Positions 50,392 through 60,850 of a DNA stretch of 64,000 nt are shown in pieces; the first letter of the stretch is position 1, and every line of letters starts with the position of its first letter. The stretch is from positions 64,001-128,000 of the IMG/VR virus record IMGVR_UViG_2907233695_000001. One strand, written 5' to 3'. Source of the stretch: a virus (lineage: Duplodnaviria; Caudoviricetes). Below the pieces are notes generated by a model, which saw only the letters and a program-made list of their open reading frames with translations, made no database searches and had not been told where the DNA came from. The translations under genes were made by a program, and so were the position numbers.

Positions 50392-51954
50392 GTGAAAACA
50401 ATAACAGAACAGAAAAAACGTGGTCGCCCACCCAAGCAACAAATCGACACCAATTCTATGGTTGATACATCGTATTACGAATTGGCTGCTTATTTTGATT
50501 TTATTAGCACATCTGCTGTTGGTAGAGGAATTATCGATATTAATATCAACAATTTAATGAATTGGCTTCGGAACCCACCAAAGTTTCGTAGAGAACTTAT
50601 TCAATTAAGTAAATATTATTACAATCGTGATGGAGTCGTAACGGATTGTTACGATCTTTTTAATGTTCTTCCTGTGCTAAATTTCTCGGTTCTTTGGCAG
50701 AACATGAACATGAAGGCTTTTACTAAAAATAAACTAACTGTCGATACTTTTCTCGAAAAAATTAAAGTAAAAAAGTTAGTTCGAGACACCATTTTCTCTG
50801 TCATTCAAGAGGGTACTTGTGTTTGGTATAACCGTGATAACAAGTACATTCAATTTCTCGAAAATGAAGAATATATGATTGATTATATGGTTAACGGTAA
50901 ATGGCAAGTGTTTTACGATATGCTCTATATCGACCAATATCGTACAAGTCATAATCTTGATTATATTATGGCAAAGATCGATTCTGCCCCAGATGAAGTG
51001 ACGCTTGAGAAATATAATCTATATAAGAAAGATAATAAAAAATATAGATATGTGCCATTAGATATCGATAAGACTCAGGTTTTTAAACTTCGTGGATCAC
51101 GAAATGAGCCATACGGTATTCCCTATTCGATACCTGCTATTAGTAGCATCATACATAGGGATTTGCTTGAAAAGACGGAGAAGGCTGTAGCTGATCGTAT
51201 TATCAATCAGATTATTGTTCAAAAGGTTGGTAACATGCCTAGTGCTGATGGAAAAGTGGGTCTTCCAGTTCCTAAAGCAACCGTTGAGGGATACCACACT
51301 AATCTTAAAAATTTGTTACAGAAAAAATTTGATACAAATTCCTCTGATAATGCTGCAACTGCTCCATTGACTGTCCCTTCATTCGTTGATATCGAAGAGT
51401 TGAAAATCAATATGAGCACTTTCCCAAAAGAAATTTGGGAACGTATTGATCGAGATATCTACAAAAAATTAGGGTTCTCCTCTACTCTTAACATGGGTGG
51501 TGGAACAGGCCAGAGTTTTGGTTCAGGTACAATTAACGTTGAAAAAGTATATTCCATTGTTTTCTATATTATAGAAGATATTGAATCTGCATTAAACGAG
51601 TTCTTAGGAATCATTGTGCCAAGTGGCAACTTCAATCCTAAGATTAGATTTAGTCGAGCAACTATTTTGGATAAGGATAGTGCATTTACTCAGGCTGAAT
51701 CACTGTATCTTAAAGGGCGAGGAAGTCTTAAAGACTATGTTGAGGCAAGCGGCAGAGACTTTGACCATTGGCTTGCACAAGTTAGGTACGAGAATGAAGT
51801 TCTTAAATTGGATGAAACATTACCTATTCACGTAACCTCATTCACTCAATCTGGCGATGGAAACAGTAGTGGCAGGCCGAGTGTAAAGAATCCAACTAAT
51901 GATAACACTGCTAAATCCAAAGGGAACAACGGTAACGCAAAACCTGATATGTAA
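50392..51954 (+). CDS. Portal protein (YonE-like)
   Basis: Position after terL, size, PYGIP motif, GRPS C-terminal tail. Confidence 0.8.
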   Translation: MKTITEQKKRGRPPKQQIDTNSMVDTSYYELAAYFDFISTSAVGRGIIDININNLMNWLRNPPKFRRELIQLSKYYYNRDGVVTDCYDLFNVLPVLNFSVLWQNMNMKAFTKNKLTVDTFLEKIKVKKLVRDTIFSVIQEGTCVWYNRDNKYIQFLENEEYMIDYMVNGKWQVFYDMLYIDQYRTSHNLDYIMAKIDSAPDEVTLEKYNLYKKDNKKYRYVPLDIDKTQVFKLRGSRNEPYGIPYSIPAISSIIHRDLLEKTEKAVADRIINQIIVQKVGNMPSADGKVGLPVPKATVEGYHTNLKNLLQKKFDTNSSDNAATAPLTVPSFVDIEELKINMSTFPKEIWERIDRDIYKKLGFSSTLNMGGGTGQSFGSGTINVEKVYSIVFYIIEDIESALNEFLGIIVPSGNFNPKIRFSRATILDKDSAFTQAESLYLKGRGSLKDYVEASGRDFDHWLAQVRYENEVLKLDETLPIHVTSFTQSGDGNSSGRPSVKNPTNDNTAKSKGNNGNAKPDM

Positions 51955-52081
51955 TTAAACTGAAGCGTTTTTGACGCTTCTTTTTCTTTTTAAGGTGGTG
52001 ATTTTTTGAAAGGCAGCTCTCCTATTCAACTCAATAAACCAACAACAAAGATTCAAACCAATTCTCTCACCACTACTTTTC

Positions 52082-53614
52082 TTGAACTTGGTTCAATCGA
52101 ACCGGAAGAAGGAGGTGAAATTATTGAACAAAGAAATCTTATCCGTAAAACCAAAGATTCTCCATCTACAAGAAGCAAATGATATTTACATGGAATTAAC
52201 CATGTGTGTTCTTACCAATGAAACCAATCTTAATAAATTAAAATTCACTGATGATTATATCAGCGGAATTGTTGATAACAAAGATCGATATATTGGGATA
52301 CCTCTTGTTGCAAATAGAGACAAACTTGAAAACGGTTTATACTACAATCTTACTCATGAGCTAGATAAGAAAACCGGAATTCTTAAAACAGATTCTATCG
52401 GTAGTTTCGTTGATTTTTGGTCTGAAACTGATGATGACGGTGTTTTAAAACTCATGGGTCTTGTTCGAGTGTATAAGCGCTACCCAAATGTTTGCAATGC
52501 AATGATTGAGCTTTTTGAATCCGAGGATTTAGAGTTTAGTTGTGAGATTTACGCCTACGGTTATGCTGATATCAATACTGAAACAAATGAGCGTTCCGTC
52601 AATTATGAATATGAAGGAAGTATCAATAGTTTGTTCGGTTCGTGCATTGTCACAAATCCAGCCGAACCGAAATCTAAAGCGAATCTGTTGGTAGCAGAAG
52701 CTTTGGAAAAAGACTTGGGAGGAGGTGAAAACGTGTCTGAAGTTCTCGTTTTCAATAAGGGTGTTGAAATTAGTTACTATGGAAACATTGAAATTTCTGC
52801 TTTAACTTCAAGTGATATCTCTAATCAGATTTATAACGTTCTGAATCCGGTTGACCCGAAAAGTAACTATAGAAAATATAACTATTGGATTAATGCTGTC
52901 TATTTTGCAAAGACGGATAATTTTGACGGTTATGTGATCGTTGAAGATTGGGAAGACTGCTCAACTCTTTTTCGTATCAACTTTAGCATTGAGAGCGACA
53001 TGGTTGTACTTGACGCTAAGGAGAATTGGATTGAGGGGTATAAAGGCTTTATCCCGAAAGGAATTAATGTGGATGATCTTATCTCACAACAAAACGCTGC
53101 TGAGATTGAGATAAATAATATCAAAAATGAACTTAATACCAAGCATGAGGAGGCATTACAGGTGACAGAAGAACAAATTAAAGAGCTTCAATCTCAACTT
53201 GAAACACTGCAAAATCAAGTTTCTGAATTGAACGGTATCGTAGTATCGCAAAAGGAAGAAATCGTTCAACTGCAAAATAAAGAAACTGAACTTAACGGTG
53301 TAATCGAAGGTCTGCAACCTTTTAAAGAGCAGGTTGAAACTGCTGAGAAACAAGCTAAAAAAGATGGTATGACAGAGAAATTTAGCAAGTTACTGTCTGC
53401 TGAGACTATGAAATCTGAGCAAGTTGTAAATGCAATTGAAGCACTTGATGAAGTTGCTATGAATGCAATTGTTGTGTCCGAGGTTGCAAAAGAAATTGCA
53501 TCTAAATCCACTCAAGAAGTACCTGCTAAAACCGATGTTGTTGTAAGTGCTCGTCAATCGGAAGACCTTCTTCCGCAAGACCTCAGAAGCAAACTCTATG
53601 CTTCTAAACAATAA
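52082..53614 (+). CDS. Prohead protease/scaffold (YonD-like; likely start near 52124)
   Basis: FSCEI...NPA protease-like N-half, coiled-coil C-half. Confidence 0.7.
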   Translation: MNLVQSNRKKEVKLLNKEILSVKPKILHLQEANDIYMELTMCVLTNETNLNKLKFTDDYISGIVDNKDRYIGIPLVANRDKLENGLYYNLTHELDKKTGILKTDSIGSFVDFWSETDDDGVLKLMGLVRVYKRYPNVCNAMIELFESEDLEFSCEIYAYGYADINTETNERSVNYEYEGSINSLFGSCIVTNPAEPKSKANLLVAEALEKDLGGGENVSEVLVFNKGVEISYYGNIEISALTSSDISNQIYNVLNPVDPKSNYRKYNYWINAVYFAKTDNFDGYVIVEDWEDCSTLFRINFSIESDMVVLDAKENWIEGYKGFIPKGINVDDLISQQNAAEIEINNIKNELNTKHEEALQVTEEQIKELQSQLETLQNQVSELNGIVVSQKEEIVQLQNKETELNGVIEGLQPFKEQVETAEKQAKKDGMTEKFSKLLSAETMKSEQVVNAIEALDEVAMNAIVVSEVAKEIASKSTQEVPAKTDVVVSARQSEDLLPQDLRSKLYASKQ

Positions 53615-53645
53615 AACTAAAATACACACAAGGAGGCTATATTAA

Positions 53646-54095
53646 ATGGCTGCTGTAATTAATATTGGTGATAACGATTATATTGGAACTCTTAAAGCTG
53701 TAGCATCTATTGCTAATGGCGTTTTCGTAAAGGCTGACTATGCTGCTGGTACTGCTGCTGCTACTGCAAGTACTGCTGAGGGTGACGCTGCTGGTCTTTT
53801 GTTCGTGAACAACGTAAATATCAACATCGATCAACAAACTGTTGGAGATGACACTTTTGCTGTTGCTAATGGTGAATATCTGCGTCTGAAAGCTCTTGAG
53901 ACTGGTGACATTTTCACGACTGATCAATTTGTTCCAGCAATTGGCTCTATCAACGTGAATGATGTTCTTGCTGCTGCTGCCGCTGGTAAGTTAGACGCAA
54001 TTGGTGCTCGTACGCCTAAACTGTCGGTAAAAGTTATCGAGAAAACTACTCTGTTCGGCAACAACGCTATTAAATGCGTAGTATTGTCCGTTTAA
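53646..54095 (+). CDS. Head decoration/cement protein
   Basis: Ala-rich, high-expression codons, precedes the capsid gene. Confidence 0.6.
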   Translation: MAAVINIGDNDYIGTLKAVASIANGVFVKADYAAGTAAATASTAEGDAAGLLFVNNVNINIDQQTVGDDTFAVANGEYLRLKALETGDIFTTDQFVPAIGSINVNDVLAAAAAGKLDAIGARTPKLSVKVIEKTTLFGNNAIKCVVLSV

Positions 54096-54127
54096 TAAAT
54101 AAAACATACATAGGAGGTATAAAATAA

Positions 54128-55120
54128 ATGTCTCAACTTAATAAAAAATCCGCTATTATTGAAACTTTTGCCGAAGCCGCACTGAACCATGGCAAGCAAA
54201 TGACTGCTATTGAAAAATCCGATTATGCTTCTGCAATGGAACTGGTGAAAGAATTGGCTTCCAACCCTAATCCAAATAACCTGTATGAGTTGAACCAAAT
54301 TATCGCTTATACTGTTGACGCTGTAATCGATGTTCGCATGGACTATATGAGCAAAATTGCTGAAGTTAAAAACACTGCTTTCGATGAGCGTCCAAAATTC
54401 AAAATTAAGACTCAAAATGCACAAGGTTTCTGGCAAGCTGTTGGTGCAACTCCACAAAAGACTAAAATCGGTTACAAGTATGATTCCTTGAAAATCGATG
54501 CATTGTCTGCTCGTCCGATTACTGAATGGGCTGAAGTTGCCGCTGGTCGTTATGACTTCGCTGAACTGACTCGTGATATCACTAACGATTTCGAAGTTAA
54601 AGTTGCACAAAAAGTTCAAAACACTTTGTATGCAACTTTCAGCGGTCTGTCCTCCCCTAACTATGCTAGTGGTGCTGGCGTAACTGCTACTTTCGATACG
54701 CTTTTGAACTCTATGATGCGTCTTGGTGGAGCAGCTATTATCGGTGACTACGAAGCTCTGCAAAAACTTCCTGCTCTTACTGCTATTAGTGGTCGTACGA
54801 GCAATGAAATCATCAACGACCTGAACCGCAATGGTATCATCGGTACATATAAAGGCGCTCCAGTTGTTTCCCTGACTAACCCATACACTGGCCTGTCTGG
54901 TTTCAACACTGTTTTGGATCGTGGTTATATTTATATCGTTCCTGCTGTTAGTGACATGAATAAGACTCTGAAAATTCAATTTGCTGGTGGAGTTCAATCC
55001 ATGCAAGGTCAAAATATTGAAGATGGCTCGTATGAAATGCGTTTTGACAAGCATATGGGTGCTGGTGTAATCGCTGGTACTCGTCATGCCCTTGCCGTAT
55101 ACGAAGATACTACTCTGTAG
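54128..55120 (+). CDS. Major capsid protein
   Basis: 330 aa, strongly biased codons, G.YKGAPVV.L.NPY, followed by a terminator. Confidence 0.82.
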   Translation: MSQLNKKSAIIETFAEAALNHGKQMTAIEKSDYASAMELVKELASNPNPNNLYELNQIIAYTVDAVIDVRMDYMSKIAEVKNTAFDERPKFKIKTQNAQGFWQAVGATPQKTKIGYKYDSLKIDALSARPITEWAEVAAGRYDFAELTRDITNDFEVKVAQKVQNTLYATFSGLSSPNYASGAGVTATFDTLLNSMMRLGGAAIIGDYEALQKLPALTAISGRTSNEIINDLNRNGIIGTYKGAPVVSLTNPYTGLSGFNTVLDRGYIYIVPAVSDMNKTLKIQFAGGVQSMQGQNIEDGSYEMRFDKHMGAGVIAGTRHALAVYEDTTL

Positions 55121-55135
55121 TATTAACTAATTAGT

Positions 55136-55168
55136 TGAGAGGATGGTTTCGATCATCCTCTCTTTTTA
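55136..55168 (+). terminator. Rho-independent terminator
   Basis: GAGAGGATG-gtttcgat-CATCCTCTC + T-tract. Confidence 0.8.
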
Positions 55169-55199
55169 TTTTTAAAATTACTTAGGGAGAGATTTTAAA

Positions 55200-55643
55200 A
55201 TGGCAAATAAAAAAGTGAAACTTGTTAATCCAAATCCTTTTGCTCATGGACTCAAATTAATGGATGGCATTCGTGAAATCAATATTGCTGGTGGTTCATT
55301 CACGCTACTCGATGAGGATGAAGTATACTTCATCAACAGTGTAAGCAGAACGTTTAGCCACAAGCATCTACTTATTGCTGATCCTGAAATCAATCAAGCG
55401 CTTGGATATGCAGAGAAGCCAGTTATCGGACTTTCTGATGAAGAAATTAAAACTCTACTTCGTGGAACAATTAACAAAATCAAAGATACTCTTGTCAATG
55501 TAACTGAAAAACATGAGATTGACAGAGTTATTGATGTTGCAAAAGGAATGGAAGATTTGCAACGCAATAAAATCACATATCTTCAAGAGTGGTCTGGATA
55601 CGACTTTGATCAACTTGTAGACACAGGTAAAGAAGAAAAATAA
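55200..55643 (+). CDS. Virion morphogenesis protein
   Basis: Position after the capsid gene. Confidence 0.55.
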   Translation: MANKKVKLVNPNPFAHGLKLMDGIREINIAGGSFTLLDEDEVYFINSVSRTFSHKHLLIADPEINQALGYAEKPVIGLSDEEIKTLLRGTINKIKDTLVNVTEKHEIDRVIDVAKGMEDLQRNKITYLQEWSGYDFDQLVDTGKEEK

Positions 55644-55657
55644 GGAGCCGTGATTAA

Positions 55658-56065
55658 ATGGCTACCACATATGACATAATCTTTGACCGATTCCTCAGTA
55701 AAATAACTGACTATGAGCTTGCAGAGTTGATTGATGCTGATCTTGAGTCTAATCTGAATAAATTCCTTAGAGGCGCAATTTCTGACTTTAAATATTGCCC
55801 AAAAGACTTGTCTAATCGTGATGATTCCGCAATGACATTTAACATTGACTTGAATGACTCTGAACAGGAGATTCTTGCTAAGTTTATGTTGGTACATTGG
55901 ATTAATCCTAATATTCTTCGATTGGAGAACATACGACAAAATTTAGGAAACAAGGATTTTCAGATTTATTCTGGAGCCAACTTTCTAGATAAGCTCACAA
56001 CTCTGAAGAAGCAGTTAATTTCTGAAGCGGTTGAAGATATGGTGTACTACTACTATGCCACTTAA
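55658..56065 (+). CDS. Head-tail adaptor
   Basis: T.YD.IF..FLSKITDY...FNIDL...EILA; position. Confidence 0.65.
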   Translation: MATTYDIIFDRFLSKITDYELAELIDADLESNLNKFLRGAISDFKYCPKDLSNRDDSAMTFNIDLNDSEQEILAKFMLVHWINPNILRLENIRQNLGNKDFQIYSGANFLDKLTTLKKQLISEAVEDMVYYYYAT

Positions 56066-56079
56066 TAAGGTGGTGAACT

Positions 56080-57054
56080 ATGAGTTCAATTAATGATTAT
56101 AAATCCAGAGTACATGGAACAATTAGAAATTCCTTGCTCAAAACTACATCTAAAATAATCGATAACAATTTTACCTCTTCTCCATCTTACTATGAAGTCC
56201 TATTAAATTCCTCCACAACTCCTATTGGAGTCCATATTGTCGATGATTCTGATGTGCGTGAGCAAAAAATGTTGCTTTCTCTACATGATAACCCTATTGC
56301 AAATGGTGATATCATCACATGGAATAGTGAAAAGTGGATCAACATTTTAACGGACAATATGAGCGATGTCTATTATCGTGGGACTTTGAGAAAATGTGTA
56401 TCATCGTTAAAGTGGATGGAAACTGGCGTGATAAAAGAGGCGTGGTTTACTTATAAATCTGATACTTCTCGTGGGTTAGGTGTAAATGATGGAACTGTCC
56501 TCATTATGCCTCAAGAGAGAAGATACATCTATGTCCAGAATAATGCCGATACCATTAAAATTGATAAAGATAGACGTTTTATCATTGACGGAAGATGCTG
56601 GAGAGTTGTAGGTGTTGATAGGTTGACAACTGGACTTGTTTACTTAGAGTTAACTGAGGACTCCATCAATCCATCCAAGGATAATTTGGATTTACGATTA
56701 GTTGATTATTACTCTAGCACTACACCAACCTCTACGCCTTCCCCTCAACCATCTGGATATTCAATTGTGGTTACAGGTTCTGATATTTGCAAAGTAACAC
56801 AAAGTCAAACTTATACGGCTAATGTATATCTCAATGGAGTAATTGACAATACACAAACTGTAACTTGGGTACTTGTAAATGATAGTGAGGATGGTAATAC
56901 AGACTTAGTTACTATTACAAGTCAAAGTGGAACTCAGTGTGTGATTAAGGGTAATGACAATAAGTTATATGGATACTGTAAGGTGAAAGCAAGTTTGGTG
57001 AGCGATGGGTCAATTTTTAGTGTAAAGCGAATACAAGTAAAAAGTCTGATATAG
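56080..57054 (+). CDS. Head closure protein with a C-terminal Ig-like domain
   Basis: Position; P/T linker then a beta-rich domain. Confidence 0.6.
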   Translation: MSSINDYKSRVHGTIRNSLLKTTSKIIDNNFTSSPSYYEVLLNSSTTPIGVHIVDDSDVREQKMLLSLHDNPIANGDIITWNSEKWINILTDNMSDVYYRGTLRKCVSSLKWMETGVIKEAWFTYKSDTSRGLGVNDGTVLIMPQERRYIYVQNNADTIKIDKDRRFIIDGRCWRVVGVDRLTTGLVYLELTEDSINPSKDNLDLRLVDYYSSTTPTSTPSPQPSGYSIVVTGSDICKVTQSQTYTANVYLNGVIDNTQTVTWVLVNDSEDGNTDLVTITSQSGTQCVIKGNDNKLYGYCKVKASLVSDGSIFSVKRIQVKSLI

Positions 57055-57064
57055 GGGGTGTAAA

Positions 57065-57565
57065 GTGTATACCTTAGATAATGTTGATCGAGTCATCGAA
57101 AATATCTTAATTAAATTGATTGACAATCAAAACTTATTAAAATGTCTCAAGTATCCATCTCCTGATGCATTAAGTAAACCTGATTTAACTCAAGATGAAA
57201 TCAATGTCCTTTTCGACTATGACTCTGATCCCAGAGACATAAGGATATCTTTCACACCTTTCAACCTAACGACAGTAGAAGAAGCAAAAAGTGAATTGCG
57301 AATCTTTATCAGAGATTTTGAGCCTGAAAATATTCATATTGCCAATGTTAATATTGCCTTTCAGGTTATTGTAAGTAATAGGATATGGAGACTCGATGAA
57401 GGTAAACAAAGGCCATTGGTCATCATTCAAGAGTTGCTGAAAAGTCTTAATGGAGTAGACATTGAACTTGTTGGGAATTTGTATTTTAACAGTCGAATAC
57501 GAATTGTAAACTATAACGCCTACTTTTCAGGTTATGAATTGTATCCAAATGTGAGGTCGATTTAG
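57065..57565 (+). CDS. Tail terminator-like protein
   Basis: Position; LLKCLKY...DAL motif. Confidence 0.55.
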   Translation: MYTLDNVDRVIENILIKLIDNQNLLKCLKYPSPDALSKPDLTQDEINVLFDYDSDPRDIRISFTPFNLTTVEEAKSELRIFIRDFEPENIHIANVNIAFQVIVSNRIWRLDEGKQRPLVIIQELLKSLNGVDIELVGNLYFNSRIRIVNYNAYFSGYELYPNVRSI

Positions 57566-58294
57566 ATGAGAGTCTGGGGCGATCCTCATGAGTTCAAAGG
57601 TGTCTCTATCTATCCTATAACCATGCAAGACTGCATGGATTTTTATGAATGCGTTCAGGTATTCTTGTATGAAAAAAATAAAGTTCAAGACATCCAAGTG
57701 ATCAAGATGACATATCTTGATTTTTTATTTGCGCTTATTCAGCAAGAAAACGCATTAATGGGTAAACTGGATCGACTTTTGAGCCTAGTTTTAAAAGAGC
57801 AAAAATATGCATTTTTATACAATGAAACTGACTCTGCCAAGATATCTTTACAAGTCGAAGATGCAATCATCAATGGATACGAGTTCGATGAGTTCAAAAA
57901 GATTATTCTTGAGCAAAATCTAATTCAATTCAATGAGGAGTTCATCGATCCTGAATTGGAACAAGAACTTAAAGCGGCAGAAGAGTTTTTAGCCAAGAAA
58001 AACGGAACTCCTGCCACATTAGAGGAACGAGTAGTTGCCCTGCATTGTCTATCAGGTGTTTCGTATCAGGAAATCAAAAACTACACCATTTTTCAATTTA
58101 ACAAAACGTTAGAACGCTTTGCAATAATCAAAAACTTCGATGTTTATTCTGCTTTATTAGCGGAAAATGGTGCAAGCAAAGACATACAACATTGGCTATC
58201 CCATGTCGAAGAAAAAGGTAAATACGACGATGTGATTATGTCCAAAGAAGAGTTTGACAAAATTACATCTGACAAAGACATGTTCAAGGCATAG
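57566..58294 (+). CDS. Conserved tail-region protein (YomV-like)
   Basis: KMTYLDFL, KKIILEQN, YTIFQF, IQHW. Confidence 0.55.
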   Translation: MRVWGDPHEFKGVSIYPITMQDCMDFYECVQVFLYEKNKVQDIQVIKMTYLDFLFALIQQENALMGKLDRLLSLVLKEQKYAFLYNETDSAKISLQVEDAIINGYEFDEFKKIILEQNLIQFNEEFIDPELEQELKAAEEFLAKKNGTPATLEERVVALHCLSGVSYQEIKNYTIFQFNKTLERFAIIKNFDVYSALLAENGASKDIQHWLSHVEEKGKYDDVIMSKEEFDKITSDKDMFKA

Positions 58295-58328
58295 TTTAAT
58301 AAATAAAATATAGGAGGAATACAATAAT

Positions 58329-59318
58329 ATGTCTACTAACACGAATCAGTTCTTGGTTTCGGTAGCTGACGTTGTGCTTCGAGATACTGTAGCTGATGCT
58401 GTAGTATTGAAAGGTAAGACGCTGATCAACTCTGCTTTCAAGCAAACTCTTGCTACAACTGAGCAACGCGGTGGAGCCAATAATGGACTTCTCTTCGTTT
58501 ATCAACATGACAAAAAATTGGAAGTTTCGATTGAAGATGCGAAGTTTGACGAAACTTATTTGGCTTTGAATAATGGTGCTTCCATTATCAACTCCCCACA
58601 AAATTTCTATGTAATCGATGAAGTTATCACCCTTGCAAGTGGTAATGGTACACTTGCTAACACACCTGTAGGTTCGGTTTATGTACAAAAAGCTGACAAC
58701 TCGTTAGTCACAGTTACCCCATCTGGAACTAGCTTCTCTGTTGCTGGTGGTGCAAATACAACTGTAAAAGTAACCTATCGTTACAGCACAGCGGTTGATA
58801 CTATTACAATTGACGCACAAAGCGTACCGAACGGGTACGAGCTGACCCTCAGCGCAAAGGTATTTCAGGCTAGTGGTCAAACAGCTACTATGCAAATTGT
58901 CATCCCTAACTTCCGTATCTCCGGTAACTTCGATCTTAACTTAACGGCAAACGGTATCTCCAGCTCCAAACTGGATGGTATGGCTCTCGTAAATGCTGCT
59001 GATGGCGCATATGCTTATGTAAATATGAAGCCTACTGGTGCTGGTGCAGTAACTTATCAAGCAATTGCTGCTACACCATCTGCAATTTCGGTGTCTGCCG
59101 GAACACCTACGGCTCAGTTGACGGTATATGGTATTCGTGGGGGAGTATACGCAAACAATGTTGTAACTAGTGGCTGTACTTTTGTATCGTCTGACGTTTC
59201 CAAGGCAACTGTTAGTGCTGGAGGCTTGATCACACGTGTCGCAGCAGGTACTTGCACCATTACAACTACTCATACTGCGTCTGGACTGACTGATACTTCT
59301 ACTGTAACTGTTTCTTGA
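58329..59318 (+). CDS. Major tail (tube) protein with an Ig-2 domain
   Basis: FVSSDVSKATVSAGGLITRVAAGT Big_2 domain; terminator follows. Confidence 0.8.
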   Translation: MSTNTNQFLVSVADVVLRDTVADAVVLKGKTLINSAFKQTLATTEQRGGANNGLLFVYQHDKKLEVSIEDAKFDETYLALNNGASIINSPQNFYVIDEVITLASGNGTLANTPVGSVYVQKADNSLVTVTPSGTSFSVAGGANTTVKVTYRYSTAVDTITIDAQSVPNGYELTLSAKVFQASGQTATMQIVIPNFRISGNFDLNLTANGISSSKLDGMALVNAADGAYAYVNMKPTGAGAVTYQAIAATPSAISVSAGTPTAQLTVYGIRGGVYANNVVTSGCTFVSSDVSKATVSAGGLITRVAAGTCTITTTHTASGLTDTSTVTVS

Positions 59319-59480
59319 TAATTTTATATTCTTCTAAGAGAGGCAATCATTTTGGTTGCTTCTCTTTTTATTTACCAAATGAAATGTTGGTTTTATTGTG
59401 ATTTTCATCTTGAGAAACCCTTTATTTATAAGGGTTTTTGAATATGAGGATTAAAAATATTCAGGGAGGTTTTATCCAAA

Positions 59481-59978
59481 ATGTCAAAACAACTTACGCT
59501 TTCATCCATAAATAAAGCCCACGCAAAAGAGTTCAACGAACAAAAGCGAGTAACACTTAAAACAGGTGATTATATCGATTTACAAGTAAGGTTTAAGAAA
59601 ACTAGTATTCAACGCTTCTTAATCGACTATCAAGAAATCCTCGAACAACTTAAAGAAAAAGAAGTGGATATGAACGTCATTAAGGACATCACTTTTATTT
59701 TCTATATGCTCCTTCTACGCCACTTCACAAGTTTAAATATTATCCCGAACGAAGTTGATAAAATGGTAATTGTCTGCGAAAAGTTGATCGACCTTGATAT
59801 TCTAGAGGAAATCATGAATGCTTTTGATCCTGCTGAAATTGAAAAAGTGAATAATATGATGAAACAAGTTAGTGAAAATAGCGACTTGATTGGAGAGCAA
59901 TTAGGAGAGATTTTTGCTAAGGCTGCTTTGAGTAAATTGACACAAAACGAGGTTGAGCAAGATGCCAACATTCAATAG
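59481..59978 (+). CDS. Tail assembly chaperone-like protein
   Basis: Position after the tube gene. Confidence 0.5.
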   Translation: MSKQLTLSSINKAHAKEFNEQKRVTLKTGDYIDLQVRFKKTSIQRFLIDYQEILEQLKEKEVDMNVIKDITFIFYMLLLRHFTSLNIIPNEVDKMVIVCEKLIDLDILEEIMNAFDPAEIEKVNNMMKQVSENSDLIGEQLGEIFAKAALSKLTQNEVEQDANIQ

Positions 59979-60411
59979 TTTGAATGAACTTCAAAAATAC
60001 ATCGAGTCTCAAGCATCAAAAGTATTGAAAAATGAAGTTGCTCAAACAGTTACTCAGGAAATGAGTGAGACAATAAAAGAAGTTGAGTATCCCAAGTATG
60101 TATCACATGCTGAGAATCCGTATATTAGACAAATGGATGATGGTGGCTTGAGTGACGTTCGAAACATGCAAGTAGAGGTTATAGACGATAACACTATATC
60201 CATTACTAATGAGCGTATGGATGGTACTACAGATGTAGCACAAATTTTCGCAACAGGTATTGGATATACATGGAAGAATTCTGAAATTTATAGTATGCAA
60301 CCATTTCCTCGTAATTTCTATGCCGATACTGTTGAAAGATTGTTAAAGAATCAGAAACACGTTGAGGCATTTAAACAAGGTATGACTAGGCTAGGATTGA
60401 ATGTGAAATAA
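59962..60411 (+). CDS. Tail completion-like protein
   Basis: PYIR....GLSD..N, PFPRNFY..T motif; position. Confidence 0.55.
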   Translation: MPTFNSLNELQKYIESQASKVLKNEVAQTVTQEMSETIKEVEYPKYVSHAENPYIRQMDDGGLSDVRNMQVEVIDDNTISITNERMDGTTDVAQIFATGIGYTWKNSEIYSMQPFPRNFYADTVERLLKNQKHVEAFKQGMTRLGLNVK

Positions 60412-60555
60412 ATTTTAGATTTTGAATTACTTGTTCAACAAGCGCACAAGGGTTGCAAACCTTGAGTGTCACTAACTCATCCTAGTGATACGTTGCGCTT
60501 GTTTCTTTTTATATAGGGAAGTTGGGATGGGGTGAATTGAGAGGATGAGAAAGTA

Positions 60556-60744
60556 ATGCCAGCAAAAATAGATTTTAATATTATATATGAAGGAATAATA
60601 AACTATACAAGAAAATTGGGAAGAATACCTACAAATGCTGAAATAGATCAAAATGATAATTTACCCAGTTATCGAACAATACATACTGCATTTGTTAAAA
60701 ACCAAGGTCAGGGATACATTCCATATTTAATTTCAAAATGCTAA
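60556..60744 (+). pseudogene. Truncated homing-endonuclease-associated repeat ORF
   Basis: KLGRIPT..EID...LPSY.TI...F repeat with no nuclease domain. Confidence 0.55.
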
Positions 60745-60850
60745 AACGTAATAATTTAAATTACAAAATACTTTATCCTGCTGATTTTCACAATAAATCG
60801 CTTGATGAAGTATTTTCTTTTTTATTTGAAGAATCAAGAGAGGTGGTTTA

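Noticed and set aside
54092-55087. 331-aa minus-strand ORF (also 53637-53927, 58296-58688, 58941-59273)
   Set aside because: Antisense shadows of strongly codon-biased capsid and tail genes; no RBS or motifs
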